DNA from: Candidatus Obscuribacterales bacterium
GTDB lineage: Bacteria; Cyanobacteriota; Vampirovibrionia; Obscuribacterales; Obscuribacteraceae
Assembly: GCA_965228855.1 (NCBI GenBank)
Contig: CBDDIJ010000003.1
Span: 2,752,001-2,816,000 of the forward strand
Direction of reading: 5' to 3'
DNA length: 64,000 nucleotides
Shown here one piece after another: positions 31,399 through 40,601 of this stretch (the first letter of the stretch is position 1; every line of letters starts with the position of its first letter). The notes below the pieces were generated by a model, which was given only the letters and a program-made list of their open reading frames with translations, ran no database searches and was not told where the DNA came from. The position numbers were made by a program, and so were the translations under genes.

Positions 31399-33777
31399 AT
31401 GAACAAGAAGGGGACGAGCTTAGTACTAAGCCTGTCAGTACTTGTAGGACCGGTGCAGACGCTAGTCATGCAGCCGGCACAAGCAGCCGATGCAATCTGG
31501 CAAAAAATGTCGGGCAGCAAAGCCACGACGTCCAAGAAGACTGCTAAGAAATCGACGAAAGTAGCTCCGAAAAAAGCCACAGTCGCGAAGAAACCGGCAG
31601 TCAAAACCATCGCCACCACTGGTAGTGTCGCGGACGATCACGTGATGCTCTTCCTGGGCGGCAATAAAAATGCAAAAGATGAATTAGCAACCGAGCCGGT
31701 ACCGGCAGCTGCGCTGAGCATACATCCCTCATTGCTCCAAGCGGACAAGCTGTCCACTCCAGCCACCCACTCAGGCGACATCGTCGCGTTGAACTCTACA
31801 TCGACTCAAAACGGATTCGCGATGGCGGAAGTTCCGACCTCGGAGGCCGTAGTAGACAGCGACAAGCAACTAATCGCTCAGTTAGCTCCCGATCAGGTGA
31901 TCTCACAGTCAACGTCATCTGGCGTGACTGCAACGCCGATTCCTCCGGTTGTTACTGGCGCAGTTGACCTGGAAGAGTTCAAGACTACCAACGAAATCGA
32001 TTTGAAAGTCTCGCAATCGAGAACTTTCAAAATGCGCAACAAGATCGTTCGTACATCTATAAGCGATCCTGGTATCGCAGAACCGGTGGTTGTAGCTGAG
32101 AACCAAATGGTTCTCCTCGGCAAAGCTCCCGGTAGCGCCACTATGGTTCTCTGGGACGATGCCGGCAATACGGCAGCAGTAGACATCGTTGTCTCGCGCG
32201 ACTTCTCGGAATTGCAGACAGCACTTCGCGAAATCGATCCCCGTATCGTTGTGAAAGCCTTCTCCGTAGGTGGCTCGGATAGAGTACTTCTCCTCGGAGA
32301 TGTAGACCACGCCGAATCGATCATCCGTGCGATGATGGCTTGCAACGTATTCATGGACGACCGCGGTTTCAACATTCAAGTTGCTAACAACCGTCTCATC
32401 GGAGCAAGAATTGGTGAACAGGGTGCCTCTGGTAGCAGCGGTGCTGGACAAGGTGGATCCACCGGCCAGCTTGCGACTCTATCTTCGGTAGACCGCTATA
32501 CCTTCTTCCCGAACCTGCCTAACAACGTAAGCAAAGCGCAAATCATCACCAGCGATGGTGGACGCGTTACCAGTTTGATCAAGGTTAGAAAAGTACCGTT
32601 GATCGTTCTGCACGTGACGTTCATGGAAATGAACACCACGACGGCACGTAAGTTAGCTACAGCAGTTGGCGTAAACAACGCTTCGCGCGGATTCGCATTC
32701 GGTATGGGTGGTACCAATGCCCTGTCAAACGGTGTTTTCCAGTCCGGCGGTGGTCTGACTCAGAACTTCCCGGCTAGCATTGTTCCAAACGCATATACCG
32801 GCCTGATACCATCGACGGCGGGTTCGCAGCCAAACGGTTACAATACCCTTCCTGCAAACTTTGCGACTTACAACCAGCTGACCAACGCTGGTACACTGAT
32901 CGGACCAATATCCCAAATTGGTATCGGCACTCCGTTGCAGGCTCCTCAAATCGCTCAGCAATCGGTACTCTTCGGAGCACCGGGCGGCGCCAGCTTCGCG
33001 CTAGATAACATTCTCAACTTGTTCACGGCAACCAGCAACTTCGGTTCCAATGACAAATCGAGATGGTCGATAACTCCGACGATCCAGGGCTTGATCAACC
33101 AACAGCGCGCAAGAATCCTTTCGGAGCCATCGCTTGTATGTATCTCCGGTGAGCGTGCAGCGTTCCTGGCAGGCGGCGAAATTCCGATCCTCCAGGCAGT
33201 TGCAGCAGCCGGTCAGGCACAACAATCGGTTGTGTTCGAACCTTTCGGTTTGAGAATCAACTTCATTCCGGTATTGATGGAAAACGGATCGTTGACTCTG
33301 GAAATCTCTCCTGAAGAGAGAATTCCATCAACCCAGAACCAAATTCAGGCACCTGGATCAAGCACACTCATCCCGTCATTCACCACGAGAAAAGCTCAAA
33401 CCACGGTTGAAATGAAACCTGGTCAAGAACTCTTCATCGGTGGTTTGATCACCTCCAACAATGGTCGTGAATTGAACAAACTTCCGATCTTCGGTGAAAT
33501 CCCAGTTCTCGGTGCGATGTACAGATCGAAAGCTTTCGCGAAGAACGAAAGTGAATTGGTCGTAGCGGTTCGTCCGGAAATCATCCTGCCAGGTACACCT
33601 GGTCAGCTCAAGCTTCCGGAAGAAATTGGTCGTGTTGAAGGTCCTCGTGACACCAACCTGTTCCAAGTTGAACCGACAGTACTCGACGAACGTTACTTCT
33701 CGACAGGTCGCGCAGAACGTCACCAAAAGACTTCGCCGACACTGCCCGAAGGCGCACCGATTCCGGACAGCAACTAA
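31399..33777 (+). CDS. CpaC/RcpA-like pilus secretin (copy 2)
   Basis: Same architecture as copy 1, with FLAGGEIP and LPIFGEIPVLGAMYRS. Confidence 0.88.
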   Translation: MNKKGTSLVLSLSVLVGPVQTLVMQPAQAADAIWQKMSGSKATTSKKTAKKSTKVAPKKATVAKKPAVKTIATTGSVADDHVMLFLGGNKNAKDELATEPVPAAALSIHPSLLQADKLSTPATHSGDIVALNSTSTQNGFAMAEVPTSEAVVDSDKQLIAQLAPDQVISQSTSSGVTATPIPPVVTGAVDLEEFKTTNEIDLKVSQSRTFKMRNKIVRTSISDPGIAEPVVVAENQMVLLGKAPGSATMVLWDDAGNTAAVDIVVSRDFSELQTALREIDPRIVVKAFSVGGSDRVLLLGDVDHAESIIRAMMACNVFMDDRGFNIQVANNRLIGARIGEQGASGSSGAGQGGSTGQLATLSSVDRYTFFPNLPNNVSKAQIITSDGGRVTSLIKVRKVPLIVLHVTFMEMNTTTARKLATAVGVNNASRGFAFGMGGTNALSNGVFQSGGGLTQNFPASIVPNAYTGLIPSTAGSQPNGYNTLPANFATYNQLTNAGTLIGPISQIGIGTPLQAPQIAQQSVLFGAPGGASFALDNILNLFTATSNFGSNDKSRWSITPTIQGLINQQRARILSEPSLVCISGERAAFLAGGEIPILQAVAAAGQAQQSVVFEPFGLRINFIPVLMENGSLTLEISPEERIPSTQNQIQAPGSSTLIPSFTTRKAQTTVEMKPGQELFIGGLITSNNGRELNKLPIFGEIPVLGAMYRSKAFAKNESELVVAVRPEIILPGTPGQLKLPEEIGRVEGPRDTNLFQVEPTVLDERYFSTGRAERHQKTSPTLPEGAPIPDSN

Positions 33778-33803
33778 TACTTGCCAACGGACTGAGAGAA
33801 TTG

Positions 33804-33832
33804 AAAGAGGCAGCTCACGGGCTGCCTCTTTT
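33804..33832 (+). terminator. Intrinsic terminator after the secretin pair
   Basis: aaagaggcagc-tcacgg-gctgcctctttt. Confidence 0.85.
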
Positions 33833-34020
33833 GCGTTCACACTCAATCATTACACTCTCACGTACAAGTTCAAATTCTGGAACGAGCGGCAAGCCGCTTG
33901 ACACTACATCCGATACCAAGTGATTAGACCGCCTTAGTCTGATTGCAAGTAGCAAAAAGCGCCGTTGTATTCAAACGACGCTTTCAAGATTTAGTTTCAA
34001 TAGCGATTCGAAGTCAGTCT

Positions 34021-34422
34021 TTAGCGGCGTTTGCTCGACTTCTTGGCGGCTTTCTTCTCGTACTTTTCGATGAAGTGTCTGGATTCCATCGGGAATTCAT
34101 CCAGAAATACTTCGAGAACATGCTCTACTGATCTGGCGATAAATTCTTCGCGATTGTTCTCCGGGCTGTAGCAATTTGCAAGACCAGCCTTGTCAACGAT
34201 CTTAAGCAAGCCCTTCTCTGAGAGCCGCACCATCGTAGTCATTACAGTCGTGTAAGCGATTTCGCGTCGTTTGCGCAGCGTATCGTAGATTTCGCGTACA
34301 GTGACAGTCGGATTTGCGAGTTTCCACGCGAGTTCCATAATGTCACACTCTAGATCGCCGAGAAACTTCTTCAACCCCTTCTGATTGAATCTGAAAGAGG
34401 CGTTCTCGTCGTGCATTCTCAT
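34021..34422 (-). CDS. BlaI/MecI/CopY family transcriptional regulator
   Basis: LGDLECDIMELAW....TVREI....IAYTTVMTTMVRLSEKGLL. Confidence 0.9.
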   Translation of the reverse strand: MRMHDENASFRFNQKGLKKFLGDLECDIMELAWKLANPTVTVREIYDTLRKRREIAYTTVMTTMVRLSEKGLLKIVDKAGLANCYSPENNREEFIARSVEHVLEVFLDEFPMESRHFIEKYEKKAAKKSSKRR

Positions 34423-34623
34423 GAAATAACCATCCCATACCCGTTTCCGATGATCGTAACACAGCCTGACGACTTGTGGTAGTTGGTTTATCGAAATGCG
34501 AATTACGTGAAAACACGGACGAAGTGCTCTTTTCGTTGAACATGAAAGCATTCATAACTCGCAGGGCATAGATCTGAAGAAGATAAGATGACAATTTGCG
34601 CCTGGAGGTGTTTCAATGGCTCA

Positions 34624-35235
34624 ATGATAGCCCCGCGTCCGGTATCAATTATGTCTAATGGTTTAAAGCCTGTTGTCTTCCTAGATCGCGACGGAACCCT
34701 GAACGTGGAATCAGGATACATCCGCAACCTTTCGGATTTAAACTTGATCGAAGGCGCCGGAGAGGCAATCCGGAAGCTCAATTCCGCTGGAGTAGCGGCA
34801 GTGTTGGTAACCAATCAAACAGGAGCAGCACGCGGATATTATTCGGAGGAACACATCCTCGATTTGAATGCGCGACTGGTGAAACTGCTAAAAGAAGAGA
34901 ACGCCTACCTCGACGACCTCTACTATTGTCCACACCTGGCCGAGGGGACAGTTGCTCCCTATGCCAGAGAATGCGACTGTCGAAAACCGGCTCCTGGTCT
35001 GGTTGAACAAGCGTATAAAGAACATCCTGAATTGGATCGGGCTCGTTCCTTTGTGGTCGGCGACAAGGCTACCGACGTGGAACTCGCCACTAATTGCGGA
35101 GCAAAAAGCATTCTGGTTGAAACAGGATATGGCAAACAAGTTGTGGCGGGCGAATATCAGTGGAAGGTCACACCTGACTTCCAGACAGACAGCATCGTGC
35201 AAGCCGTTGAATGGATACTCGCTTCATTGAAGTGA
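34624..35235 (+). CDS. HAD-IIIA phosphatase (GmhB/histidinol-phosphatase family)
   Basis: FLDRDGTLN, VTNQ, CPH...CDCRKP, VGDK..D. Start at 34624 or 34651. Confidence 0.9.
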   Translation: MIAPRPVSIMSNGLKPVVFLDRDGTLNVESGYIRNLSDLNLIEGAGEAIRKLNSAGVAAVLVTNQTGAARGYYSEEHILDLNARLVKLLKEENAYLDDLYYCPHLAEGTVAPYARECDCRKPAPGLVEQAYKEHPELDRARSFVVGDKATDVELATNCGAKSILVETGYGKQVVAGEYQWKVTPDFQTDSIVQAVEWILASLK

Positions 35236-35300
35236 TCGGTGAACTAATAAGTGAACTAAGCTGAGAACTAATCGACTTCGGTAACTGACTTCGATAACGG

Positions 35301-36662
35301 TTACGCAAATCTCGATTTTAGTAGCTGGCTCATTTCGTTAAGCAAACTCGGAATGTCGAACGGTTTTGGAAGATAGAGGTCTGCTCCCGCTTCCAGTGCT
35401 TTCGACTGGTCCGGATGCGATGTCGCCATAACAACCCAGATCTTGCAGAGCGCCTCGTCAGATTTAAGTACACGGCAAAGTTTCCAACCGTCCATTTTGC
35501 GATCGGATAGATTCGATTCAAGAAGAATCAGATCGGGAGGCTCATGGCGAGCCATGGTCAGAGCGTCATCAGCAGAACTCGTCACTTCAACCGTGTAGCC
35601 CTCGAGCGAGAGCGTCTCTTGTAACAAACAGGCCATGGCGCCATCCGGCTCCACGACAAGGATGCGGCCGGTAACAATGTCTTCTTCGGTTTTGCGCACT
35701 TCCACTTTGGTCGTCGGAAAAGTGCTTCCTTTTCGGATTTCTTCGCGAGGATGATCGTCAAGGACAAAGCAAGACTCGAGCTTCTGCTTCGCCAGATCTC
35801 GAGCGTCGCGCGCAGAAGTCAGAACGTCGACATAGCTCTGAAAGCGCCGCTTCGTGCTATCGACGATTCCAACTGCAACCGAAATCAAAGGCACCCTTCT
35901 TCTGATGCCACCACGGCCGGTGGAAATCAAATATCCTCGCTCGATGTCACCTTTGGGGTAAAAACGGGAACTCATCTTATCGAATTGCTGGCAGATTCTC
36001 TCTGCTTTACGCAAGGCCTCTTCTGGTCGACAGGTCATCAAAAAGTCGTCAGCTTCGATGTGCCCGACGAAGTCGGTATCATCGGCGATATCAGTCAAAA
36101 TCGCACCGAGAGCCTTAATCAACTGGTCGCCCGCCAGGTCGCCGTAAGTTTCGTTGTAAACCCGAATCTTATTCAAGTCAATCGACATCGCCGCCCAGTT
36201 ACGATCGGATACTAGCAGCTGCTCCAGCATGCGACGAATCATGTTCGGTCCGGGCATAAGCGTGAGTGGATTCGAAAATTCTTCCTGGCGTCTGCGCAAA
36301 TGCGCGAGAACACGAATCGCCAGTTCGTTTTTATCGATCGGATCCTGCAGCACGTCGTCTGCACCATATCTGAAGGCATTGATGCGCTCGTTTACATCAG
36401 TGGACGGGTGGAGGAGAACGAGCACCGGTCTTGGATGCACGAGGGTGGCACGCACCTGCTGGCAGTAAAGTCTGCCGTCGCCCTCAGGCATATTTGCGGA
36501 CAGAATGATCAAATCAGGATGAATGAACGACAGGAGTTCATTCGCTTCCTCAAATGAGGTTACGGCATTTACGCGCGCACCGGTCTTCTCGAGAATCGAC
36601 GCGTATTCAGCAGCCTGTCTAGCCTGATGAATGATGAGAAGTTGCGGCGTTGGAAGCATCAT
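35301..36662 (-). CDS. REC-GGDEF-REC protein with degenerate motifs
   Basis: Two receiver-like domains flank a GGDEF domain (DLN....YNETYG...GD, GHIEADDF). Confidence 0.82.
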   Translation of the reverse strand: MMLPTPQLLIIHQARQAAEYASILEKTGARVNAVTSFEEANELLSFIHPDLIILSANMPEGDGRLYCQQVRATLVHPRPVLVLLHPSTDVNERINAFRYGADDVLQDPIDKNELAIRVLAHLRRRQEEFSNPLTLMPGPNMIRRMLEQLLVSDRNWAAMSIDLNKIRVYNETYGDLAGDQLIKALGAILTDIADDTDFVGHIEADDFLMTCRPEEALRKAERICQQFDKMSSRFYPKGDIERGYLISTGRGGIRRRVPLISVAVGIVDSTKRRFQSYVDVLTSARDARDLAKQKLESCFVLDDHPREEIRKGSTFPTTKVEVRKTEEDIVTGRILVVEPDGAMACLLQETLSLEGYTVEVTSSADDALTMARHEPPDLILLESNLSDRKMDGWKLCRVLKSDEALCKIWVVMATSHPDQSKALEAGADLYLPKPFDIPSLLNEMSQLLKSRFA

Positions 36663-37924
36663 GCGAGGTCACGCCCCCGTTGTGCTTGCTTTTCATACGT
36701 GGCTGCGGGCAATCTCACGGTGAATGTGCTGCCGCCGGCGCCACTAGCGACGGTGATATCTCCGTCCAGAGCCAGAGCGAGAGAACGCGTGATGTAGAGC
36801 CCGAGACCGGTTCCTTCCGTTTGACGAACCAGCGGATTATCGAGACGGCTGAATTTATGGAAAATTTTCGGAAGATGTTCTTCCGGTATCCCCACGCCCT
36901 GATCGGAAACGAGAAATTCGACCATCTCGGTTGGATTGGCGCCGTCGCCCGGATCGTACATGATGGAACGCGCAAGGAAAGTAACGGTAGTGCCGGCTTG
37001 CGAGTACTTGATGGCGTTGTCGATCAAGTTGGTTAGAATCTGTTCCAAACGATCCGCATCAGCCCAGACCGGCGGCAAGCCTGCCGGAATGTCGATTACT
37101 ATTTTATGTTTCTCGGCTTTCTCAGCGAGGTTGAGTTGAACTCTTTCTACCGCGTCCTGAAGATCAATTGCTCTGTTGGTGAATTGCAGCCGTTTTGATT
37201 CAAGGCGTGAAACAGCAAGTAAGTCTTCAACCAGCCGCGTGAGACGGTCAGCCTGGTCTTTGATAATACCGACATATCTTCTCTGCTGGCTGACATCAAG
37301 ACGATCTCCGGCGCGCAAAATCGTGTCGGCAAAACCTTTTATGCTGGTCAGCGGGGTTCGCAACTCGTGACTGACCGTGCTGACGAAATCGGTCTGAGCT
37401 TGCTGAAGGGAGTTTGCCTGCAGGATGTAAACAATGGTCAGATGACTGGCACCATTCTTGTCAGCGGAAGCGGTCTTGGCTGCTGCAGTTTTGGCGCCGG
37501 TAGATTTTGCGCTTGCCGCTTTGGGCGAAACCGTGTTCTCGGCCGCGGCGGTTTTAGCAGCCGATGCTGTTTCCGCACCTTCGTTGATTGGAACGTGGCT
37601 CACGGGCATCACCAGCTGCGCGCCAGTTTTTCCTATTATCGAGGCCAGCTGCTGCGCCTTCGCCGACGTTTTACCGTCCGCCACCACATTCGGTGCGCTG
37701 TTGTTGAGCAACGGATGTTTCGGAGCATCTTGCTGCGTGTCTGGAACTTCAAAGTTGATAATCGATTTGAGCGGCTGACCCTGTAAGGATGCGGCGTCTT
37801 TGCCCACGAGCTTAGCCAACGCAGCGTTTACGCTCACTATCAAGCCCTGGGAATCGCTTACTACGAACCCGTCAGCACACTCGTCCAGTAGACAACGGTA
37901 AATGTCTTCGCTCTTCAATTGCAA
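36659..37924 (-). CDS. Cytoplasmic PAS-domain sensor histidine kinase
   Basis: PAS-like N-terminus, H-box VSHELRTPLTSI, N-box NLIDNAIKYS, DQGVGI, GTGLGL. Confidence 0.92.
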   Translation of the reverse strand: MQLKSEDIYRCLLDECADGFVVSDSQGLIVSVNAALAKLVGKDAASLQGQPLKSIINFEVPDTQQDAPKHPLLNNSAPNVVADGKTSAKAQQLASIIGKTGAQLVMPVSHVPINEGAETASAAKTAAAENTVSPKAASAKSTGAKTAAAKTASADKNGASHLTIVYILQANSLQQAQTDFVSTVSHELRTPLTSIKGFADTILRAGDRLDVSQQRRYVGIIKDQADRLTRLVEDLLAVSRLESKRLQFTNRAIDLQDAVERVQLNLAEKAEKHKIVIDIPAGLPPVWADADRLEQILTNLIDNAIKYSQAGTTVTFLARSIMYDPGDGANPTEMVEFLVSDQGVGIPEEHLPKIFHKFSRLDNPLVRQTEGTGLGLYITRSLALALDGDITVASGAGGSTFTVRLPAATYEKQAQRGRDLA

Positions 37925-38038
37925 TGTTCAATGCCACGTAAGTAGGGTGTGTGCGCGAACCCAATACACGTCGAGCGGGAGGGCCCAAAACCTACGTTAT
38001 CACCACATTAAGTATCTACTGGGCATTACAACCTATTG

Positions 38039-38431
38039 TTAAGGTTTAGACCCGAGGCTCAGGTCAAGAAGCTGGCTCAATCGCCCCTTGTCAGTCAGGT
38101 AAAGATAGCCAACCAGCGCCTCCATAGCGGTTGCGTAGCGATATGAAGCCTGGTCGGCACGCCTGTTGCCCGTTAGTTTAAGATTTCTTGCTCGACGGAC
38201 AATGTCCTGCTCCGGCTCCAGGAGGTGCTCCATCAATCCTTCCAGGATTCGAGCCTGACTTTCGGCATTGACCCGGCGCACCACCTTCTGATGAAGCGAC
38301 TCCGCGGTATGGGTGGTCATCACCTCGCGCTCCCGCTCGTAGAGCTCGAAAACAGCGTCCCCCAGATGCGCGAGCATCCGTAACGGCAAGTTTTTTGCCT
38401 CTGTTGTGGACAGCGTCTTTTCAAATAACAT
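38039..38431 (-). CDS. mrnC: Mini-ribonuclease III
   Basis: LAHLGDAVFELY, VNAESQA, RRARN, YRYATAMEALVGYLYL. Confidence 0.88.
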   Translation of the reverse strand: MLFEKTLSTTEAKNLPLRMLAHLGDAVFELYEREREVMTTHTAESLHQKVVRRVNAESQARILEGLMEHLLEPEQDIVRRARNLKLTGNRRADQASYRYATAMEALVGYLYLTDKGRLSQLLDLSLGSKP

Positions 38432-38467
38432 CTGTGACGAAACCGCTCCTGTTCAGGGTTTCAATAA

Positions 38468-39328
38468 TCAATCCTTGAAGTGCTCTTTGGAGCCGCGCTT
38501 GTTATGGCGCGTGTGATGACCAGGCCCGGATTTTTTGCGAGCATCCCCCCGCGACGAGCTTTCGTCACTGCCGCCCCCACCCAGCATTCTGGCGGAAATC
38601 ACTTGCATCGCAAATGAAGGTAACGCCGACAAGATGCGCTGAGCGCGCCACGGTTCAGATACAAGACGGTAAAACCATTCGAGATGCAGCTTGCGGAAAA
38701 ATGCCGGAGCTCGCTTGGTGAAGCCGGACCAGACATCAAAGCTTCCGCCTACGCCAATTACGACTGCATGGCCAAACTTTGCCTGCCAGCGTTCAATGAA
38801 AAATTCCTGGCGCGGAACACCCATTGCGACAAGCACCAGTTTGGGATTCGCAGCGGCAATCTCATCGACCATCGCTTCTTCCTGAGCGCCATCAAAAAAT
38901 CCGTCATGGCTGGCGACAATATTGATTCCTGGATGACGGCTCGGCAGAGTTGCGAGCAGTTTTTCCAGAACTTCGCCACGACCGCCAATCAGTGCGACCG
39001 GGATACTGTGCCGCGCTGCGCTACCTAGAGCTTTATCAGCGAGTTCGATTCCCGGCACGCGATAACACTCATGTCCATCAAGACGAATCGCCCAGACAGC
39101 GCCGGCTCCGTCGGGCACGATCAGATGCGCGTGACGAATAATGCGGTCCAGATCAGCATTCTTTTGAGCCTGTATGACCATCTCAGCGTTTATCGTCACC
39201 ACGTGCATGCCGCGATCGTTAGCCCATGCTCGCTCAATTCTTTCAAGCGCCTGGGTTTCGTCGACGACGTCGACCGGATAACCCAGAACTTTCTGGCGGG
39301 CTTCTGATGTTGACGGCGTCATTGGCAT
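38468..39328 (-). CDS. WecB/TagA/CpsF family glycosyltransferase
   Basis: VVTINAE, PDG.G, VAMGVPRQE, GVGGSFDV, RAP..F....LEWFYRL..EPWR. Confidence 0.93.
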   Translation of the reverse strand: MPMTPSTSEARQKVLGYPVDVVDETQALERIERAWANDRGMHVVTINAEMVIQAQKNADLDRIIRHAHLIVPDGAGAVWAIRLDGHECYRVPGIELADKALGSAARHSIPVALIGGRGEVLEKLLATLPSRHPGINIVASHDGFFDGAQEEAMVDEIAAANPKLVLVAMGVPRQEFFIERWQAKFGHAVVIGVGGSFDVWSGFTKRAPAFFRKLHLEWFYRLVSEPWRAQRILSALPSFAMQVISARMLGGGGSDESSSRGDARKKSGPGHHTRHNKRGSKEHFKD

Positions 39329-39395
39329 TGTCTGCGGTGCCTCGCGAATTCAGGTTTCCTAAATACAGCTGCGAAATTGGCTACAGAGCCAGCAT

Positions 39396-40544
39396 TCAGC
39401 TTTCTAGAATTCTAGCTATAACATCGAAGTTCTGGCAAGCCAACTCATTTTGAGACGCTGTCACCCGCTCGGCTCGTTCTCGAAACTCTAAATTGTCGGA
39501 AGAGGCTGTTTTGACAAGGTTTGCGAGTTCAGCAGCAAGGGCGGCATCGTCGTTATCGCTCGAACTCTTGGCAAGAATTAAGCATGGCTGCTCGAAGTTT
39601 TTCATCAGGTAAGAAACTTTCGGATCGTATGCAAGCCCCACGGCAGGCACTCCCGATTTAAGCGCCATCAGCAAAGCGTGGAAGCGCATTCCCACCACAA
39701 GATCCAGCTCGGATAATAGCGATAGCCACTGGCTAGGGCGGTCGATCTTCGAAAAATCCAGGTCCAGGGTGGCATGCCCATTTGATTTCCAAATCGTCGA
39801 AAACACTCTGAGCAACTCGGCATCCTGATTATGCTGCAAAATCAGTGGAACGAGTACTGTCCCTTCACGCACGTCGGCGCTGAGGCTGCGCGCCATCGCT
39901 TCGACTGTCGAACGACTGATGTGGTGACTTTCGCGAATGGATAAACCCATTAGACTACTGCCAGGCGGACGATTTTTGAGCGAGACTTCTGTTTCAGCAG
40001 GCAAGGCAGAGGGCTGTAAACACCAGACGGGATCGGCTGTCAGACGTGCTTTGTCGATGCCCCAACTCCTGAGAAGGTCAACGGAATTGCTGTCCCTTAC
40101 CGCTATTTCTCGGGCAAAACCCATAGCAGCTTTTGTTAACGCAACGGAGAGCGGACTCTTGAGCGGACCGACCCCCTGCGCATAAATGACAGTTGGTGCG
40201 CCGCTCAACTTCGCGAGCAACGCCAGACCGGCATAGTAAACGACGGATTTGACCGAACTGGCGTCTTGATACAGCCCGCCGCCACCACTTATGAAAAGTC
40301 TCGCCTTCGAAAAATACGGTCCGATTTCAGCCAGCTTCCATCGATTGATGCTGGTGACGCCGAACACTCTGTGAGTCTTTTCCGGATTTTGAGAAAGAAC
40401 GACGATTTTTGATTTGTCAGAAATTATGCGCGAGACCTCAGCGATAATCTCCTCGAGAATCGCCTCATCGCCTAAATTGTCGAAGCCGTAGTAACCGGAA
40501 ATAACAACATATTCACGTTCAGACATGATGGGAGTGTACACCAA
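39396..40544 (-). CDS. csaB: Polysaccharide pyruvyl transferase CsaB
   Basis: SGYYGFDNLGDEAIL, SGGGGLYQD.SS, AQGVGP, VRD..S, GMRFHAL, YDPKV. Confidence 0.9.
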   Translation of the reverse strand: MVYTPIMSEREYVVISGYYGFDNLGDEAILEEIIAEVSRIISDKSKIVVLSQNPEKTHRVFGVTSINRWKLAEIGPYFSKARLFISGGGGLYQDASSVKSVVYYAGLALLAKLSGAPTVIYAQGVGPLKSPLSVALTKAAMGFAREIAVRDSNSVDLLRSWGIDKARLTADPVWCLQPSALPAETEVSLKNRPPGSSLMGLSIRESHHISRSTVEAMARSLSADVREGTVLVPLILQHNQDAELLRVFSTIWKSNGHATLDLDFSKIDRPSQWLSLLSELDLVVGMRFHALLMALKSGVPAVGLAYDPKVSYLMKNFEQPCLILAKSSSDNDDAALAAELANLVKTASSDNLEFRERAERVTASQNELACQNFDVIARILES

Positions 40545-40601
40545 GTCGCGTGGTGCGTGTAAACTTCGATTTAGTAAGTTGAATAGGATTTCGATATATC
40601 A

